A stretch of DNA of 64,000 nucleotides from contig OZ244872.1 of assembly GCA_965221215.1 (NCBI GenBank), positions 3,030,340-3,094,339 of the forward strand. Reading direction: 5' to 3'. Both the position numbers and the translations under genes were made by a program. How positions within the stretch are numbered: the stretch's first letter is position 1; the number at the start of each line of letters is the position of its first letter. The DNA comes from Candidatus Aldehydirespirator sp. (GTDB lineage: Bacteria; Actinomycetota; Acidimicrobiia; Acidimicrobiales; Aldehydirespiratoraceae). A model generated the notes under the pieces. It ran no database searches, was not told the origin of the DNA, and saw only the letters and a program-made list of their open reading frames with translations. Below are positions 60,639 to 64,000 of the stretch, piece after piece.

Positions 60639-61113
60639 AGTCTCTGTGAGCGTGAACGGTGAACTCACCGCCGCACAGGTGGACCCGCGCACTCTGCTGT
60701 CGGACTACTTGCGCGACCATCTGGGGCTCACCGGCACCCATGTCGGCTGCGAGCACGGCTACTGCGGAGCCTGCACCGTGCTGGTGGATGGCGCTTCGGT
60801 GCGGTCCTGTCTCACGCTCGCCGCACAGGCTGACGGCCGCAGCGTCGACACCGTCGAGTCGCTCGCCTCCAACGGCGAACTGCATCCCATACAGCAGGCC
60901 TTCAAAGAGTGCCACGGACTGCAGTGCGGATTCTGCACACCGGGGCTGCTCATGAGTGCCGTGGAGCTCGCTGCCACGAACCCCGGTTGCGGCCGCGACG
61001 AAATCCGTGAACACCTCTCGGGAAACGTGTGCCGCTGTACCGGCTACCACCACATCGTCGACGCCGTCGAAGCGGCCCTCAACCGCGTCACGGAGCAAGC
61101 CGATGGCAGCTGA
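60631..61113 (+). CDS. Molybdenum hydroxylase [2Fe-2S] small subunit (CoxS-like)
   Basis: GCEHGYCGACTV and CGFCTPG...CRCTGY cluster motifs. ATG 60631 overlaps the coxM-like stop. Confidence 0.85.
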   Translation: MAEVSVSVNGELTAAQVDPRTLLSDYLRDHLGLTGTHVGCEHGYCGACTVLVDGASVRSCLTLAAQADGRSVDTVESLASNGELHPIQQAFKECHGLQCGFCTPGLLMSAVELAATNPGCGRDEIREHLSGNVCRCTGYHHIVDAVEAALNRVTEQADGS

Positions 61114-63481
61114 CCAGGCGCCCCGCTACTTCGGCGCGAGGGTGGCCCGCCGCCAAGACGACAGGCTGCTGCGCGGCGATGGCCGCTATGTCGCCGACAT
61201 CAGCCCTGCCGGGGTGCTCGCCGCGAAGTTCGTGCGCTCCGACGAAGCCCATGCCGTGGTTGCCGGCATCGACATCGAAGCGGCCAATGCCGCTGAGGGC
61301 GTGAAGGAGGTGTTTGTCGGAGAGGACTTCGCCGACAACGAGATCCGTTGCGTGTCGAGCTATGCCGGGTTCCAGGAGTCGGCTCAGCCGATCCTCGCTC
61401 TGGACCGGGTACGGCATGTGGGCGAGGCGCTCGCGATGGTCGTCGCCGACAACGAATACCTCGCGGAGGACGCAGCTGAGCTGGTGGTGGCCGACCTCGA
61501 ACCGCTGCCCGCAGCGGTGGACATCGACACGGCCCTCGATGTCGGCTGCGCGCCGCTGCATCCCGGTTGGCGAGAGAACGCGTTCGTACGCAGGCGGGCC
61601 ACGACCTATGGGTTCAACGAGGCCAGTTCGTCTGCTCCGCATCAGGTGTCGATCGAGTTGCACAACGGACGTCACAGCGGCGTCCCCATAGAAACGCGGG
61701 CGTGCGTCGCCGAGCACGACCCCGGCACGGGCAGGTTCCGGCTTCACACCACAACCCAGATCCCTCATCTGATCCGTGCGGGGCTGTCCTGGGCGCTGGG
61801 CGTCCCCGAGAGTCTCATCCAGGTGATCGCCCCCGACGTCGGGGGCGGCTTCGGAGTAAAGGCCCAGCTGTATCCGGAGGAGGCGGCTTGCTGCTTGGCG
61901 GCACGTCGGCTCAGCCGGCCCGTCAAATGGGTCGAAGACCGCCGTGAGCACTTCGTGGCGGCGCACCATTCCCGTGAGCACCGCCACAGCGTGACGGGCT
62001 ACTTCGACGACGACGGCACGATCCTGGCGCTAGAAGCTGACATCGCTGTCGACATGGGCGCCTATTCGGTGTTCCCGTGGACCGCGACCATGGACGGCGG
62101 GATGGCCATGGGCATCCTGCCCGGCCCCTACAGGATTCACCAATATTCCGTCTCGTCGACGTCGGTGTGCACCAACAAGACCCCCTACGGCGCCTACAGG
62201 GGAGTCGCCCGCCCCGCGGCGTGCTTCTCGATCGAGCGGCTCATGGACCAGATCGCCCGTTGTCTCGGTGTCGACCGCGTCGAGATCCGCAACCGAAACC
62301 TGCTTGCAGACGGCGACTATCCGTGGCGGTCGCCGTCGGGGCTCATCTATGACAGCGGATCGCTTGTCGAGTCACTCGACGCGGTGCTGGGCCTCGGCGA
62401 CCTCGAAGGCCTTCTAAAGCGCCAAGCCGACGCCCGAACAGCGGGACGGCTTGTGGGAGTGGGGTTGGCTGTGTTCACAGAACAAACCGCTCACACCACC
62501 CAGGAGTTCAAGCAGCGGGGAGTTCCGATCGTGTTCGGCTACGAGACCGCCAAAGTGCGCCTCGATGCATCCGGCACAGCGGTGGTGTCGGCGTCGATCC
62601 ACGACCACGGCCAGGGATTGGAGACGACCCTCGCGCAGGTCGCCGCGGACCGTCTCGGGCTGGACCTCGAACAGATCCGCGTCGAGTACGGCGACACCGA
62701 ACAGGTCGCCTACGGCGCCGGCACATTCGCCAGCCGCTCCGCCGTGCTTGCGGGCGGCGCCGTGACCAAAGCAGCTGACGCGGTCGCGGACACACTGCGA
62801 CAGGTTGCGGCGCACATGCTCGAAGCAGCCCCCGAAGACATGGTTGTCGAGACCGGGCGGGTGTCCGTGGCCGGCAGCCCCAGCCGGTTCATCGAAACCA
62901 CAGAACTGTGTCGGCTCATCTATCAGCGTCCCGAACGGCTCCCAGAAGGCATAGAGCCCCACCTCGAGGCATCGAGGACCTACGACGCGCACCCGGGAAC
63001 CGGTGCGTACACGAACGCCGCGCACCTGGCATCAGTCGAGATCGACCCGCTGACCGGCAAGACCCGAGTCCTGAGCTACGCGGTCGTAGAGGACTGCGGC
63101 CCGATGATCAACCCGACGATCGTCGAGGGCCAGATCTTCGGCGGTGTCGCCCAAGGCGTCGGATCTGCCCTGTTCGAAGAGTTCCTCTACGACGAGGCGG
63201 GCCAGCCGCTGTCAACCACCTTCGCCGATTATCTGGTGCCGGTGATGAGCGACATCCCGGACTTTCAGGTCGCTCACCTTAAAACACCCTCCCCCCACAC
63301 CATCGGCGGACTCAAGGGCATGGGCGAGGGAGGAGCGATCGCCCCCGGAGCGGTGATCGCCTCCGCGGTCGAAGACGCTCTCTCGCATCTAGGGACAGTC
63401 ACCGTCGACCGGTTACCGCTCACCCCCGAGCGGGTCCTGGGCTACATCGACGCCGCCAGCGGCAACGGAACTGGGCCATGA
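61103..63481 (+). CDS. Molybdopterin-binding large subunit of a xanthine-dehydrogenase-family hydroxylase (CoxL-like, not form I CODH)
   Basis: Active-site loop GAYRGVARP, not the VAYRCSFR of true CO dehydrogenases. GGGFG motif (DVGGGFGVK). Its start overlaps the coxS-like stop. Confidence 0.8.
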   Translation: MAADQAPRYFGARVARRQDDRLLRGDGRYVADISPAGVLAAKFVRSDEAHAVVAGIDIEAANAAEGVKEVFVGEDFADNEIRCVSSYAGFQESAQPILALDRVRHVGEALAMVVADNEYLAEDAAELVVADLEPLPAAVDIDTALDVGCAPLHPGWRENAFVRRRATTYGFNEASSSAPHQVSIELHNGRHSGVPIETRACVAEHDPGTGRFRLHTTTQIPHLIRAGLSWALGVPESLIQVIAPDVGGGFGVKAQLYPEEAACCLAARRLSRPVKWVEDRREHFVAAHHSREHRHSVTGYFDDDGTILALEADIAVDMGAYSVFPWTATMDGGMAMGILPGPYRIHQYSVSSTSVCTNKTPYGAYRGVARPAACFSIERLMDQIARCLGVDRVEIRNRNLLADGDYPWRSPSGLIYDSGSLVESLDAVLGLGDLEGLLKRQADARTAGRLVGVGLAVFTEQTAHTTQEFKQRGVPIVFGYETAKVRLDASGTAVVSASIHDHGQGLETTLAQVAADRLGLDLEQIRVEYGDTEQVAYGAGTFASRSAVLAGGAVTKAADAVADTLRQVAAHMLEAAPEDMVVETGRVSVAGSPSRFIETTELCRLIYQRPERLPEGIEPHLEASRTYDAHPGTGAYTNAAHLASVEIDPLTGKTRVLSYAVVEDCGPMINPTIVEGQIFGGVAQGVGSALFEEFLYDEAGQPLSTTFADYLVPVMSDIPDFQVAHLKTPSPHTIGGLKGMGEGGAIAPGAVIASAVEDALSHLGTVTVDRLPLTPERVLGYIDAASGNGTGP

Positions 63482-64000
63482 GGGTCTCGCTGCTGCAGAT
63501 GCCTGCCGACGCGGCCGCCGCGTCGCCGGATCCGGTCCATTTCGTACGCGGATGGGTCACAGCGGCTGCAGGCTCAGACCTGATCGTGCTGCCGGAGATT
63601 TGGCACCCCGGCTACTTCGCGTTCGACCAGTACGCACAAGCCGCCGGCGACACGCCTGCGCTGCTGGCGGCGCTGTCTGAGACAGCCACCGAGGTCGGAG
63701 CGTGCCTGCACGCGGGTTCTCTGGTCGAAGCCGACGACGGGCATCTCTACAACACGTCCGTGCTGTTCGGACCCGACGGCACCGAACTCGCCCGGTACCG
63801 CAAGATACACCTGTTCGGGTTCGACAGCCAAGAGCAACGGCTGCTGAGCCCCGGCGACGAGGTCGTGGTGGCCGACACGCCGCTGGGTCGCCTCGGGATG
63901 GCGGTCTGCTATGACCTGCGCTTCCCGGAGTTGTTCCGACGCATGACCGAACGCGGAGCGGTGGGTTTCGTCGTCGCGTCGGCCTGGCCCCATCCTCGAG
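63478..64000 (+). CDS. Carbon-nitrogen hydrolase (nitrilase superfamily), 3' end outside the window
   Basis: Absent from the ORF track because it has no stop within the window. ATGA overlap with the coxL-like stop. By hand translation the catalytic triad contexts are LPEIW (E), YRKIHLF (K) and AVCYDLRFPE (C). Confidence 0.75.
   Translation, partial: MRVSLLQMPADAAAASPDPVHFVRGWVTAAAGSDLIVLPEIWHPGYFAFDQYAQAAGDTPALLAALSETATEVGACLHAGSLVEADDGHLYNTSVLFGPDGTELARYRKIHLFGFDSQEQRLLSPGDEVVVADTPLGRLGMAVCYDLRFPELFRRMTERGAVGFVVASAWPHPR

Noticed and set aside
61103-63481. CoxL-like gene interpreted as an aerobic carbon-monoxide dehydrogenase
   Set aside because: The active-site loop reads GAYRGVARP rather than the form I signature VAYRCSFR. 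No coxDEF/G accessory genes follow; a nitrilase-family gene does.

Overview
This is a high-G+C chromosomal segment. Its gene content looks like Actinomycetota: a PknB(PASTA)/PP2C/TrpG block, hemA-hemC-hemD, an MMPL transporter and a large membrane Fe-S protein. That taxonomic call is an inference, not a measurement. The window alternates housekeeping blocks with accessory patches. From left to right: (1) the 3' 4.7 kb of a giant Calx-beta repeat protein. (2) A small cassette zone separated by three copies of a 66-bp repeat, holding an RHH antitoxin with a decayed MazF-like toxin, DUF2442 with a degraded DUF4160, and a DUF4143 ATPase. (3) An AlkB-family hydroxylase with a long unexplained C-terminal extension. 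(4) The most interesting locus, at 9.4-20.3 kb. It is an NHLP-leader RiPP cluster whose precursor ends in a five-residue core, LSCCT. It also encodes a fused E1-like/YcaO cyclodehydratase, a CKX-like FAD oxidase instead of a SagB dehydrogenase, an orphan 365-aa protein, two NHLM-type ABC exporters (one with a C39 peptidase) and a 62-aa stub of the HlyD adaptor. (5) hemDCA, a DUF62 SAM hydrolase and proC. (6) A type II R-M pair (gamma-class N6 methylase plus a XamI-like nuclease) and an EamA transporter, all bracketed by a dispersed repeat. (7) A methylated-amine locus: a GmaS-like synthetase, a three-subunit glutamate-synthase-like enzyme, two DMGDH/SARDH-like enzymes, a non-Pyl MttB and a ferredoxin. 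It is split by a second DUF4143 ATPase that carries a 5 x 23-bp array. (8) An EF-G paralogue, four tRNAs, MMPL, a K+ channel, an MBL hydrolase, pheA, PP2C, pknB, trpG and the Fe-S protein. (9) A lower-G+C patch with DUF3800 and a Cys-rich ORF, followed by GntR, an LLM oxidoreductase, coxMSL-like genes and a nitrilase. No integrase, transposase, CRISPR array or rRNA gene was seen. All family assignments come from reading motifs by eye; no database search was run.
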